Assembly: GCF_001194135.2 (NCBI RefSeq)
Contig: NC_068989.1
Span: 34,317,390-34,354,010, forward strand
DNA from: Octopus bimaculoides
Lineage: Eukaryota
Direction of reading: 5' to 3'
Length of the DNA stretch: 36,621 nt
Each line of letters starts with the position of its first letter. Position 1 is the stretch's first letter. Below are positions 11,661 to 23,489 of this stretch, piece after piece. The position numbers and the translations under genes were made by a program. The notes below the pieces were generated by a model, which worked only from the letters and a program-made list of their open reading frames with translations, was not told where the DNA came from and searched no databases.

Positions 11661-12134
11661 CACTTTCATGAATGAGTGTTGATATTGTTGTTTCAAATGT
11701 CCAAAGGATCTTCGTCGGATGCACCGATCCATATCTAAAAATTAGATTTATTTGAGATACGTCCTGTTTTCTCAACTGCACTAATGTAGATTCTAACATA
11801 TGTAATATAATGAGGTGAAAAACTTAGATTAACTGACATTATTCAATCTATTAGAAGACAAATACTCTCTCTCTATGCGGTGTTTAAACACCAAAAACAA
11901 GAGAAATAAGACAAGTAAAGTTAACTGACCGAAATTTAGGGGCAATATAAACGCTAAAAATTGATGTGAATCTGGTCTTTTATGTTAACAAGTGAAAGCG
12001 ATGGACACGTTTCGAGCTTATTTGACCTCTTCAGCGAAGCATATTCACTTCAGTTGGCAAGACTAAGATTGATTAATGTATACACACACACACATATATA
12101 TACATACACACACACACACACACATACACACACA

Positions 12135-12169
<35 letters not shown>

Positions 12170-12177
<8 letters not shown>

Positions 12178-12385
12178 AGTTTAAATAGAGCTCAAAACTG
12201 ATCCATTGAAAATACTTTATTATAATAATAATGATAATAATAATAATAATAATGAAAATGACCTATGAACATTTCATTTTATAATTTATATATTTTATAT
12301 TTTATATATTTTATAATATTTTATAATATTTCATAATATGTATTAATCATTCTGGATGTTCCATCGAAATGTTCATAGGTCATTT

Positions 12386-12438
<53 letters not shown>

Positions 12439-12478
12439 AAGTATTTTCAATGGATCAATTTTGAGCTCTATTTAAACT

Positions 12479-12490
<12 letters not shown>
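12170..12490. repeat. Inverted repeat (about 120-bp arms including TAA tracts) embedded in (TA)n
   Basis: ATCAAGTTTAAATAGAGCTCAAAACTGATCCATTGAAAATACTTTA..(TAA)n..GAAAATGACCTATGAACATTTC is mirrored at 12367-12483 with one mismatch outside the microsatellite. Confidence 0.85.
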
Positions 12491-12522
<32 letters not shown>

Positions 12523-14881
12523 ATAACACACATACATATGTGTGTATACATGCGCGTGTGTGTACAGAAAAGCATAAATTTCACAGATAGCTCATTTAGT
12601 TAATTACTTTCAACACCTGTCTCGTTAGGAGTAAACATCTTTAATTCCATAATCAAGTAGTTAAGATGTATGAGTAATTAAAGTAAATCAATTTAAATTG
12701 AATTAATTTAAAGCAATATTTATCCCAAATCATCAGGAATATTACGGGTTATGCCAATCATAGACAATTACTAAAAAACAGAATGCGTTGTGACAATTAG
12801 GAACAACGTCAAATGAGAAGTGAGGATAATCTCGAGAATTAAAAATTAAATTATCCAAATTCATTTTCTCCTGAAGAGAAGATACTCTTTTTGTATATGT
12901 TTAATTAACTCGTTTACTGGAGTCATGGTAAGACAACAGCTATGCTGATGACGCTTATTAGGGTATGTGGCTACAGTACGTGGCTACATTCGTCTTTTGT
13001 CTCCAGACAATCAGACTATCTTTTCTAAAATGGCATGTCAATTTGGGGAAATTTTTGATTCGTGACATTATCTCGTCTTCTCATTTGGAGTTGGTCGCAA
13101 TTGCCAGAAGGCATTTTTCAACTCTTCTCTCGGAGGGAGGTTAATTTCAATAAATCAAAAATTCATCTAGTATGGTATTTGAAGGATTAGTTCATCTTTC
13201 TTTTCATGCGCGCGCACAGTCATTTACATACATAATACATACATGCATACGTACATAGTTTTATTGAAACTGAAGCTTCGCATAACCGACCGTCAGTATT
13301 CTGGCAGATGATTGGTTACGTGAAACTCTGAGTAACAGTTGGTGAAGTTTTTGAGTTTCAACAAACACTATACTCTATTTGAGTGTTGTTTTCTCAACCC
13401 CGTTTTGCACCTATGTACTCACGTGTGTATTTGTACGTGTGTGTGATTTGTGTGTGCGTGTGTGTGTGTGTATGAGTGTGTGTGTGTGTGTGTGTGTGTG
13501 TTCGTGCGTGCGTGCATACATACACACTGTGAACCCTCGTTAAACTGTACCAATAACGGGAATTCGTTTTAATTGATTGTCCGAGTTAAGAGCAATAGTA
13601 GGGATTAATAATTTTTTTCTCTCTCACCATTTTTCCCCTCATCTCTTTCTGTCGAAGAGCGTAGGCTTGAAACGTCAAAGACTTTCTCATTTTTCCCGAG
13701 CGTCAAATTAATACACCTTGCTTGTCGTTCCTTCACCCGTCTCTGTTTTTTGGGGGTTTTTTTTGTACATTTGAACCACACATACACACGCACACGCACA
13801 CGCACGCACAAACACACACACCTCCATTTACCGGAATGAATCTATGGAAACCTGCAAGCGCAACATTTTCGACATCCCAAAATTAAGATCCTGCATTCAC
13901 CCAATTTTACACGGACTCTTGTGCATATAGACTCCCGAGAACTTTTTCTTAGCATGCACCTATTCTTTCTTGCAACACTCCCTATATTCAAGTTTGTCAT
14001 TCCATATTTCCTTCTTTTGTTTACGCTATTTTGTACTCTTATGTTTTCTGTCCTGCAAACTTTTCATTCTTTAGATGTTAGCACGTTCATAAACTAGCAA
14101 CACGATTTTGTCAAAATTAATGCGAAAACGAATTATTTATTCTACGAAGATGATTAATTCACGTGCGTATGTTTTTATACTGTTCCTTTGTCACAGGCTG
14201 CTTGCATTGCAGATCATTTCATGCACACGTATCGTATGTAGCCTGTTTTTCGCTACATGTTTTCTCTTAAATGCTTAGTTTTTCACAGGTTGATAAATCG
14301 TTGCACTATTGTATGTTTTTTTTTTGGAGGGGGGGGGGTAGAAATATAAATAACGTTCACACATGTATGCATGTCTACATCCAACTACACACATGTGGCC
14401 CAATACTGTTCCTTTATTGACTTGTTTTCAATGTCTGTGCCTACTCAGCTCTGTTCTGACTCAGTGCATGTCGGATGTCTGACTGATCTCTCTGCGCTCT
14501 TGCTTCCAGACGCACTGTAGAGAAAGTTTGCCAGTCTTAACGCATCAGCATGTCATACTTTGTCGTCTTGTTTACTCACAACAAATGTACGCGACCACAA
14601 CGTCAGACACTTAGCCTCTGAACTTCTTTTATGGCACTTAATACAGAATGTACATTTCTGCCAGAAATCTTCCAGTTATATCATAGATTGAAAATGCACT
14701 CCCTTGTCTCAGCTCCTTTCGTTGAAAGTCCTCAGCTGAAGGTCCCTGGCATCACATCTACCTGTAACTTCACACTTTGAAATCACAATTTTGAACGTTC
14801 TTCAGTTTTCGCACACTGCACATTCCTGCAAGTTCTATTATCGATCTTTTGTCTTCGGCACATTCTCTGGGAGGAGTGTGA

Positions 14882-15434
14882 TGTAATGGATAGCTACCAA
14901 CACTCTAAGCAAAGATTCGAAACCGAATCCACATTTTCCTACAAATCCTCGGTCTATTGTTCTTGCCTGATGCACTAAGAAGTCTATGAGAATAAGCTGA
15001 CTTCTTAGACCTTTTCAAGTCATTCAAGCGTCAGAACTGATACAGAGGAAAACCCTTCGTTTATCTCGACCTACTTTGGTTTGAAACTATATAAATAAGC
15101 AACATCAAGTTAATTCTTCCTCATTGGTTATTTGGCGCCTACCCGAAGAACACATTTCTCTTGCCAAATTCAAGCATGGCTTGTCATGCGCGACAACACA
15201 ATCTTTACTCTTTCTTCGGAGAGGAAGCTATCTACCATACACAATGGACCATGGAACTAAAGAGAGTTTGTTTACTGCAACAACAAACAAGCTGTGTATA
15301 CAAACAACTCGAAAAAAGTAATTTTCTATATTCTAACGGCCATCATAATAATCATCGCAACACATGATTATTGTAATTTGTGACCTCCGATGTTTATAAA
15401 CTACTAAAATTGGATCTTTCACACTGCCGTTACA
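14882..15434 (+). mobile_element. 3' LTR of a Gypsy-type element (TGTAATGG...CCGTTACA) preceded by a purine-rich tract
   Basis: Inverted termini TGTAA(T)GG / CCGTTACA; GGGAGGAGTGTGA at 14869-14881 as PPT; TATATAAA near 15087; shares GAAACCGAATCCACA 37 nt from its start with the LTR ending at 17025. Confidence 0.65.
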
Positions 15435-15896
15435 CTTAAACGTTACACACATGCACGCACGTACACACACACACACATAAACTTTGCAGAAATAAGTTTT
15501 CGAATAAGTAGCTTATGATTATGTGAATAAAATTATTGTTTTTAGTTATTAATATTTTATTCGAATACAAAAGAAATCAATATCTTTTTGACCATTCAAT
15601 AACTTGTTCATGTTCGATGCACAAGATGATGACGTCAGGTAAGAGAAACAGAGCACATCACAGGATATTGTTTAGAATACTTTCGATTGATATTAATGTA
15701 GGTTAAACATAAACTCGGAAATTTTTTTTAAATCATGCTTTCCACTTTCATATTCATAATGAATAGTAACAATCGGGATAATATATGTATTTTACGTTAT
15801 GCCAGAAGTTACTGGAAGGTTTAAAAAGTTCTTTCTGCTTAGCTTAGGTTTAGATCTGTCATAAGCCCTAGGACTCATAAGGTTGGAGCTTAACCT

Positions 15897-16105
15897 GGTT
15901 TCTATGGCGTATAAGTGACTGACATTACAACACTACTACCCCTGAACAGGACGCCAATCTGTCGTGGGGTTAATTTTCCGGCTATTATTAGAATTCATTT
16001 ACATCGTGGATTGGAGCAGCATGAAATTGAATATTTTGCTCAAGAACACAACCCACCGCTCGGTGCGGGAATCGAAACTTCGGTCTTTAGTGCAACACCC
16101 AAACA
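15897..16105 (-). mobile_element. SINE with CORE-like central domain, degenerate
   Basis: Minus strand TTCGATTCCCGCACC (B-box-like)..TTCTTGAGCAAAATATTCAATTTCATGCTGCTCCAATCCA resembles a CORE-type segment (recognition). Confidence 0.5.
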
Positions 16106-16324
16106 AATAGGCCTCGCGCTTTTACTTTCTGATAAAAAAGAGAAATATAAGCATTACCTTAACATAATAGTAATTTATACATTCAAAGATTCTGTAAAAT
16201 TTCGTTGGAAAAGTATATACATTATTAACAAAGTTATAAGGATATAAAAGTCAAGGTAGAAAAGTTTAATGATTGCATTTGGCAAATAGATGACAGAAGA
16301 ATATATAATTATATGAGATGGCCT

Positions 16325-16682
16325 TGTAACGGACAGATGTGAGTGTACATCGAAGTTACTAAGTGTAGTGGTAAGATACGAAGGGTCACCACATGTAGAT
16401 AGTCGAAGGCAGGATGAAACAGCGTAATAACAACATCGAAGAGGAAAGGAATACTATATTTATTTGCCGGCAGTGGTTAGTAAAATATACATAGTAGTAA
16501 CTGCCAATAGTGATGAATTGTTGGTGGCTTGCTGGTAGTTGGTAGTGTGTAAGCTATGCAGTCTGCTGACAGAGGAAGAAGGGGTAAGGGTTACGTTGTC
16601 CCTTTCCATTCGGTCGATGCTATTGTTCCTGGTTAATGGCTGATACGAATAGCGATGTGTGCTCTCTATTAGCCGGTTGAAC

Positions 16683-16768
<86 letters not shown>

Positions 16769-17025
16769 AAGAGAGACAGACAGACATACAGACAGACAGA
16801 CAGATGCTCTCAGTTTATATAGGGTATGTCCAGGACATAGGTCAAACCTAAAACAATGGACTGACTCTTCACTGACCAGCAGAGGTCCTTAGGAGGTAAG
16901 GTGTTTCTCATTAATCTCCCAGCATGGAGATAAAACACAATGGAATTAGACATTCGTCGGACAAGTAACAAGTGTGTGGATTCGGTTTCGGATCTTAGTT
17001 AGGCAAGGCTAAGCGATCTCCAGCA
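16325..17025 (-). mobile_element. LTR on minus strand with an embedded tRNA-Trp PBS near its end and a (GA)n expansion
   Basis: Minus strand: AAAGGGG purine tract then TG at 17025; CTATATAAA; AATAAA; CTACA-TG-TGGTGACCC (16398-16383); final CCGTTACA (16332-16325). Confidence 0.6.
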
Positions 17026-17740
17026 CCCCTTTATTATCTTATAATTGTAGTTGTACACAGATTTTTTTGCCGCTCTGTTACCCAATCCGTAGGTAGCAAA
17101 AGTCATTTTTAGGTGACTGCTAGAAGACGTGGAAAAAGGAGAAAGAAAGGGAGTAAGAGAGTCTAGACAAGTAGAGAGGGTAAGAGCTTTGCATAAGGTA
17201 TTTCTCCGTCGGTGCTGAAAGAAAGAAGGAAGAACTGAATTTGGTTACTGTCTTTATATATGTTGGAAAGCTGGATGTAAGTCAGAGAACAATGGAAAGT
17301 AATGGGTTTATCTCTCTCAAGATATAATTAACCCAAGAATGGTAACTTAAACAACAGAACTTAATTGTCACAGTTGACTCTCAAAAATTTCTAAGTGCGA
17401 AAACCGAGAACAATGGGAAGAGAACTCGTAAAAATGTGGATTCGATTTTGGATCCTGGCTTACATAGAATCTAGAAAGTTATTCGTTAATAGTTTACTTC
17501 AAATTCTTGGGAAATGCGCTAGTGATTAATGCAAAAAGATTTACTCTGCTAACGAAAAGCTTATTTGAAAAGCATCTAAATTCTATATTACAAAAAATAT
17601 TAACTCTATTATAGTTAACTCTATCATTTCCCCCTCCTCTCATCTTTTTCTCTCTCACTGTGTATGAATATAACGTTTCTTTATTCATTGCCTGACACCA
17701 AGTTTAACCTCTTACGTTAACTCTCTATGTACCTTTCTTT

Positions 17741-17776
<36 letters not shown>

Positions 17777-18514
17777 GTGATGTAAAGCGTGACTGGAGAA
17801 TCAACCAACCAACCAGCCAGCATTTATATTGACTATTATTATATAAAGATATTTTATAAAAATTATTTAAAATTACAGCATGCAAAATTACAGTACGCAA
17901 AATTTAACAAGTTAATTCTATTGCTAATTTCGTTTATCTGAGATATATGACAGACGCGGTCAGTGTAGTTGATGTAGATATAGATGTAGCAGTGATAGTA
18001 TATCATTATGAGGCAGTAGAACTATTGATTCTCCTCTTGTCTTTACTTTCCACTCTTAGACATCTGAAGTGACTGAGGAGGGACTGAATCAACGAAAGGA
18101 AGTGGGAATCATTAACATCAGCAAGATAGGGACAAATTGGCTATAGAATGAGTTAAGTTTCAGTCGTTTACCTTACTGATGCAGCTTCCAGATAATGGTT
18201 CTCTTAAGATAAACTATGTTGATAAAATCGCTGGATATAAGTTTCTGTTGAAAAGTCAATGCATAAAATGACATTACCAAGGAATTTTCGTTAACTGTTT
18301 AGGCTTCTGGGCAATGGTTCATCGTTTTCATCATCTTCACTATCTCTGTGCTGTCGCTGATGAGAACTTCTTCGTTACTATTTCTCCTGTCAACACTTGA
18401 TATTCAAGAGTACCAGCTGGGTTTTCTAGCCATATTCTGACTTTGTGGGACATATTTTGCCTGTCCTCTGAAGTTTGCGATGAAAATCACTTGCCTTGAA
18501 TCCTTCCAAATGAT

Positions 18515-18562
<48 letters not shown>

Positions 18563-19879
18563 AATATAATTTTTTGCAGGCACAACAATTACACATTGAT
18601 TCATTGACTGGATCATAGAAGTAACGTTGGGTGGTAAGAAGATGCATCTTATTTTCCTGTCATTACTGACGGACTGCTAAGCACCTGAGTGAACAGGTGC
18701 AGTATTGAAAGTTAGACCCACATCATCACCAAAAAGTTTGAAAACATCTTTTTGGTATTTTACGCACTACTCGAATGAAATGCGAGAAAAAGTGATCAGC
18801 AAACATATATATTTTGAGCCATGATTTCTTGGCATGGTAATAATGCACAAGTAGTTGGTGCGTTATATCTTTCAAAACTCGTAGATGTCCCCATCTCTTT
18901 ACTACCTCTAATTGGAAAATGGACATACCGCCTGCGTTCGTGCAATAAAATGCCGAAAAAATTCTTTAGTTTACTAGATATGGAGGATTCCTTCTTAAAA
19001 GCTTGCATATTGCTGGATAGTGACCACCAATGTAAACCCAATTTCATCCCCATTAGACATTTGACAGATTAGGAGCCTTCATTTTTAATTAAACCTATTA
19101 ATTCCTTCTTCAATGGCTTAATTGCTTCGGTTGGTATGCTGCTTCTTTCACCATAGACGATATTACTGTGTGTGTGGGCATTGAACGACACCGGGTTGAC
19201 TTTGATCACCGAACATGATTGTGTTGGATAGTTTAAGTATATGTTGAGAGTAAAAGAACGGGAATAATGAATAAAAGGTTGAATTGATGCTACCTATTTT
19301 CGTCTTTGTTATGTTGTGGATATCACACAGTAATAATTTTCTGTACATCTAATATACTAAATGTACATACGTATATTATAACATTATTCTGCTTGTTCTT
19401 GTGTTCTTGCCTATTTCATCCGTGTGTTACGCTTGCGTCATCAAAGGAGGTAATAATTCGAATGGAGAAATGTATATATATATATAGAGAGAGAGAGAAA
19501 GGGGTGCGAAAGGAAAACAAAGAAAGAAATGGAACGGGAATGATGGAATCAGTGAAAAATAGAAAGAGAAAACATGAAAGAGAGGGAGAGAGAGGAAGGA
19601 GAGAGATCTCTATAATTAGAGGAGTGATAGATAGATAGATAGATAGATAGAAGTTCAAAGTTCAGTTTTGCCTTTTCCTTAAATCCATTGTACGTTGTAT
19701 TAACGAAAATGGGGATGAAATTACGAAAAGATGTTTTAAAAACTGTCATTCATAAGCACCACATCGATGTCTTTTTTTTTCAATTATGGCTGATTTTTTT
19801 TTTCTTTTTAAGATTTCTTCATTTGTAAGCTGTGGATGTGTTAAGCGTTATAGTTTATTTAGGAGATAAATAAACGTTA

Positions 19880-20152
19880 TTTAGATGATAACGTTGTTGC
19901 AGTCGCTTCTTCGTCTTCCTCGCGAACTTGCATTTCTGCTCCGGACGACACACAATCCTCCGAAACCTTACGGGCTATTAGGGAACTGACCCATCAAGTT
20001 TCACGCATGTGTAGGAACCGTTCTTCTTCACGGGATTATTCTACAGGGTGGACCAAACATCGCTCTTTCTCGCGCTGACGCGCGCTTTCCTGCTCCACCT
20101 ATTTGCTGGTATCATAAGAAATTCAAGGATCAGGTTGAAAAGTGTACACAGC
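19880..20152 (+). pseudogene. CsRn1-clade Gypsy gag C-terminal fragment
   Basis: LRAIRELTHQVSRMCRNRSSSR (Arg/Ser linker) then CWYHKKFKDQVEKC, the start of the CHCC motif C-X2-H-X9-C-X3-C. Confidence 0.8.
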
Positions 20153-20880
20153 AGTTAGATATTTCCCAGATGCCTTTAGCTTGGCCGAAGCGGTGCCTCC
20201 GCCACTTGACCCTTTCTGACCTCTTCTACTCCATCAAATCTAGAATAGAATCCTTTGTCCTCACTATCCTTCTTGATAGCTATAAAAACAGGAGACCACA
20301 AGCAAAGTTTCTTTTTAGTCACCAGTCGGTGACGCCTCAACAGGCTAGTCACCAGTCGGTGACGACTCATGGAGAACGAAGCCTGGCTGACCAGCTACAA
20401 CCTTGACCAGAGGGAGAAAGAAGTTTACTGTCAGCCACTGTGAGACAACGTCGCACACATAACTAATACGAGCTCGCATCCTTTTCTCTTTAACACTACC
20501 ATCTCTCTCTATATATAAATACTACTATGAANNNNNNNNNNNNNNNNNNNNNNNNNNNNNNNNNNNNNNNNNNNNNNNNNNNNNNNNNNNNNNNNNNNNN
20601 NNNNNNNNNNNNNNNNNNNNNNNNNNNNNNNNNNNNNNNNNNNNNNNNNNNNNNNNNNNNNNNNNNNNNNNNNNNNNNNNNNNNNNNNNNNNNNNNNNNN
20701 NNNNNNNNNNNNNNNNNNNNNNNNNNNNNNNNNNNNNNNNNNNNNNNNNNNNNNNNNNNNNNNNNNNNNNNNNNNNNNNNNNNNNNNNNNNNNNNNNNNN
20801 NNNNNNNNNNNNNNNNNNNNNNNNNNNNNNNNNNNNNNNNNNNNNNNNNNNNNNNNNNNNNNNTCTTTAAACCGTTACAT

Positions 20881-20933
20881 TGGTGACCCGTCCGACTTTA
20901 ACATTTTCCAAATCGTTACAATTGGTGACCCCG
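20881..20933 (+). promoter_or_regulatory. Two tandem tRNA-Trp primer-binding sites
   Basis: TGGTGACCCG (20881) and TGGTGACCCCG (20923), complementary to the tRNA-Trp 3' end (..CGGGGUCACCA); each is preceded by (C/T)CGTTACA. Confidence 0.8.
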
Positions 20934-21898
20934 TAAAAAAAGAATTGCAGCCTTCCCAAGAACCAACAGTTACAACTGTCGACTCCGAGCGAAAGAATTA
21001 CTACCTTCTGCATTTTTGCTGAATTCGAACTAAAGAACTAGGATATCAACAGTCGCTGAACCAAAGAAAACTAATGACAAACTTCGTCACCGCCAAGATG
21101 CACTCTCCTTCGACCTGCTACAAAAAGCACTATACTGCGATGCAACCTACGATGCACTTCACAACAATGCAACGCTGCCGACGCACAAAGTATTCGCCGA
21201 CCAAGAAAGCCTATAAGCGCAACATTTTGCCAGCTACATGCCCAGAAACTAACTGGATGAAAATACAGAAACCCTTACATGCAACCTTTTCAGCATACAC
21301 ACGCAATGGCTACGAACTTTTGCACGTACATAAGATGCCCATTCCGCAATGCACATTCCGCGATGCCCATTCCGCAATGCACAAATTCTGCTACGACTCG
21401 TTTCACCAAAACTGCTAAATTCATGTGCATATTTTTTTTTGTGAATGTTCTATGTCATTATTCATATTTTGCATGTACTTTTTTCTCTCGTTCACTTTGA
21501 AAATGTATTGTTGCATACACACCCGCATGCACCTTTTCCTCAGTGCCTGGCCTGGCACACGCATCTGCACACATGGTTCATAAATACACAAATGAACATT
21601 CATGCTCCACACATACCTTTCTCGCCTGTTTTCCATGCTCAATGCGCCCTTGTAGACACAACTCATTTCTGTAAGACCCTAGGCTGGTCACGCATACATA
21701 GAGAAAGTTTTTGTCCCTTACAACGCGCCAGCATGCCACACTTTTATTCCTGCATGATCGAGGCTTATAATACCTCATGCACCGGCTGGCAGTCTCAGCC
21801 TTACTGCATTAATCACCGGCATATTCAATCCTGTACACTGTATTTGTAATCAATGCACTAGCATTAGCCTCAGCCTTGCAAGCCCTATTGCACACATG

Positions 21899-22126
21899 CG
21901 GCGAGCTGGCAGAAACGTTAGCAAATCGGGCGAAATGCTTAGCAGTATTTCGTCTGCCGTTACGTTCTGAGTTCAAATTCCGCCGAGGTCGACTTTACCT
22001 TTCATCCCTTCGGGGTCGATAAATTAAGTACCAGTTAAGCACTGGGTCGATGTAATCGACTTAATCCCTTTGTCTGTCCTTGTTTGTCCCCTCTATGTTT
22101 AGCCCCTTGTGGGCAATAAAGAAATA
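21899..22126 (+). mobile_element. tRNA-derived SINE with 8-bp target-site duplication
   Basis: Head GCGAGCTGGCAGAAACGTTAGC..GAGTTCAAATTCC (B box); ACACATGC at 21892-21899 and 22127-22134. Confidence 0.9.
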
Positions 22127-23489
22127 ACACATGCACGTGCACCTCTGTTATGCATATCTACTACTTCCTTGTTTTGTCACACTTCTGCGTCAGCTCAATT
22201 CCAATCCCGACTCAAAGCACGTCGGATGTTCACATGCTCTGCGCTCATGTTTAGACATAATTTCCCTCCGTTAGACCCTTGTTTGGTCACGTAATTAACA
22301 GAGAAAATGATCTGTCTCGCGCATCACTTCAGCATGCTTACACTATCGTCCCTGCTAACTCAGCAATTAACCACGACAACAGCACCAGACGCATTTCACC
22401 TTCAGGGCATTTTTCACACTGCAACCCTGCAGGAAGATCTTTCATATCACGAACTGAGAATGCACTCACTCGNNNNNNNNNNNNNNNNNNNNNNNNNNNN
22501 NNNNNNNNNNNNNNNNNNNNNNNNNNNNNNNNNNNNNNNNNNNNNNNNNNNNNNNNNNNNNNNNNNNNNNNNNNNNNNNNNNNNNNNNNNNNNNNNNNNN
22601 NNNNNNNNNNNNNNNNNNNNNNNNNNNNNNNNNNNNNNNNNNNNNNNNNNNNNNNNNNNNNNNNNNNNNNNNNNNNNNNNNNNNNNNNNNNNNNNNNNNN
22701 NNNNNNNNNNNNNNNNNNNNNNNNNNNNNNNNNNNNNNNNNNNNNNNNNNNNNNNNNNNNNNNNNNNNNNNNNNNNNNNNNNNNNNNNNNNNNNNNNNNN
22801 NNNNNNNNNNNNNNNNNNNNNNNNNNNNNNNNNNNNNNNNNNNNNNNNNNNNNNNNNNNNNNNNNNNNNNNNNNNNNNNNNNNNNNNNNNNNNNNNNNNN
22901 NNNNNNNNNNNNNNNNNNNNNNNNNNNNNNNNNNNNNNNNNNNNNNNNNNNNNNAATCCTTTGTCCTCACTATCCTTCTTGATAGCTATAAAAACAGGAG
23001 ACCACAAGCAAAGTTTCTTTTTAGTCACCAGTCGGTGACGCCTCAACAGGCTAGTCACCAGTCGGTGACGACTCATGGAGAACGAAGCCTGGCTGACCAG
23101 CTACAACCTTGGCCAGAGGGAGAAAGAAGTTTACTGTCAGCCACTGTGAGACAACGTCGCACACATAACTAATACGAGCTCGCATCCTTTTCTCTTTAAC
23201 ACTACCATCTCTCTCTATATATAAATACTACTATGAAAAAGTGTACATACAGATACAGGCCGAAATTCTTTACCTTGTATGCTTTACGTACAAACTGTTA
23301 TACTATTAAACTAACCTACCCGTCGTGGTATGGCAACATAAAGTAACGGTAAATAAATATTTCTATAAAAATGTTGATCATCTTCATCGTTCACTCAATA
23401 ACCGTTACAATTGGTGACCCTTTCATCTCCAATAACCCTACCGTTACAATTGGTGACTCCTCCGACTTTAACATCTTTAAACCGTTACA

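Larger units (their letters stand above)
20150..23489 (+). mobile_element. Young non-autonomous LTR retroelement: LTR A (about 20150-20879), PBS, non-coding interior, LTR B (to 23489)
   Basis: 20249-20531 vs 22955-23237 differ at 1 of about 283 nt; both end ..CTTTAAACCGTTACA (20879, 23489); PBS TGGTGACCC follows LTR A at 20881 and 20923; two N gaps hide parts of the element. Confidence 0.7.

Noticed and set aside
18240-19200. Possible piggyBac-like transposase relic (WKDSRQV, MFADHFFS, FFGILL on the minus strand)
   Set aside because: The motifs are weak, in different frames and not clearly in the right order; no TTAA-flanked TIRs seen. Needs an HMM search.
21445-21849. His-rich 134-aa ORF inside the non-autonomous element
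   Set aside because: No recognisable domain; its composition reflects CA-rich DNA.
23402-23489. CRISPR array
   Set aside because: The repeat is an LTR terminus plus tRNA-Trp PBS, there are only 2-3 units, the spacers derive from LTR sequence, no cas genes are present and the context is eukaryotic.
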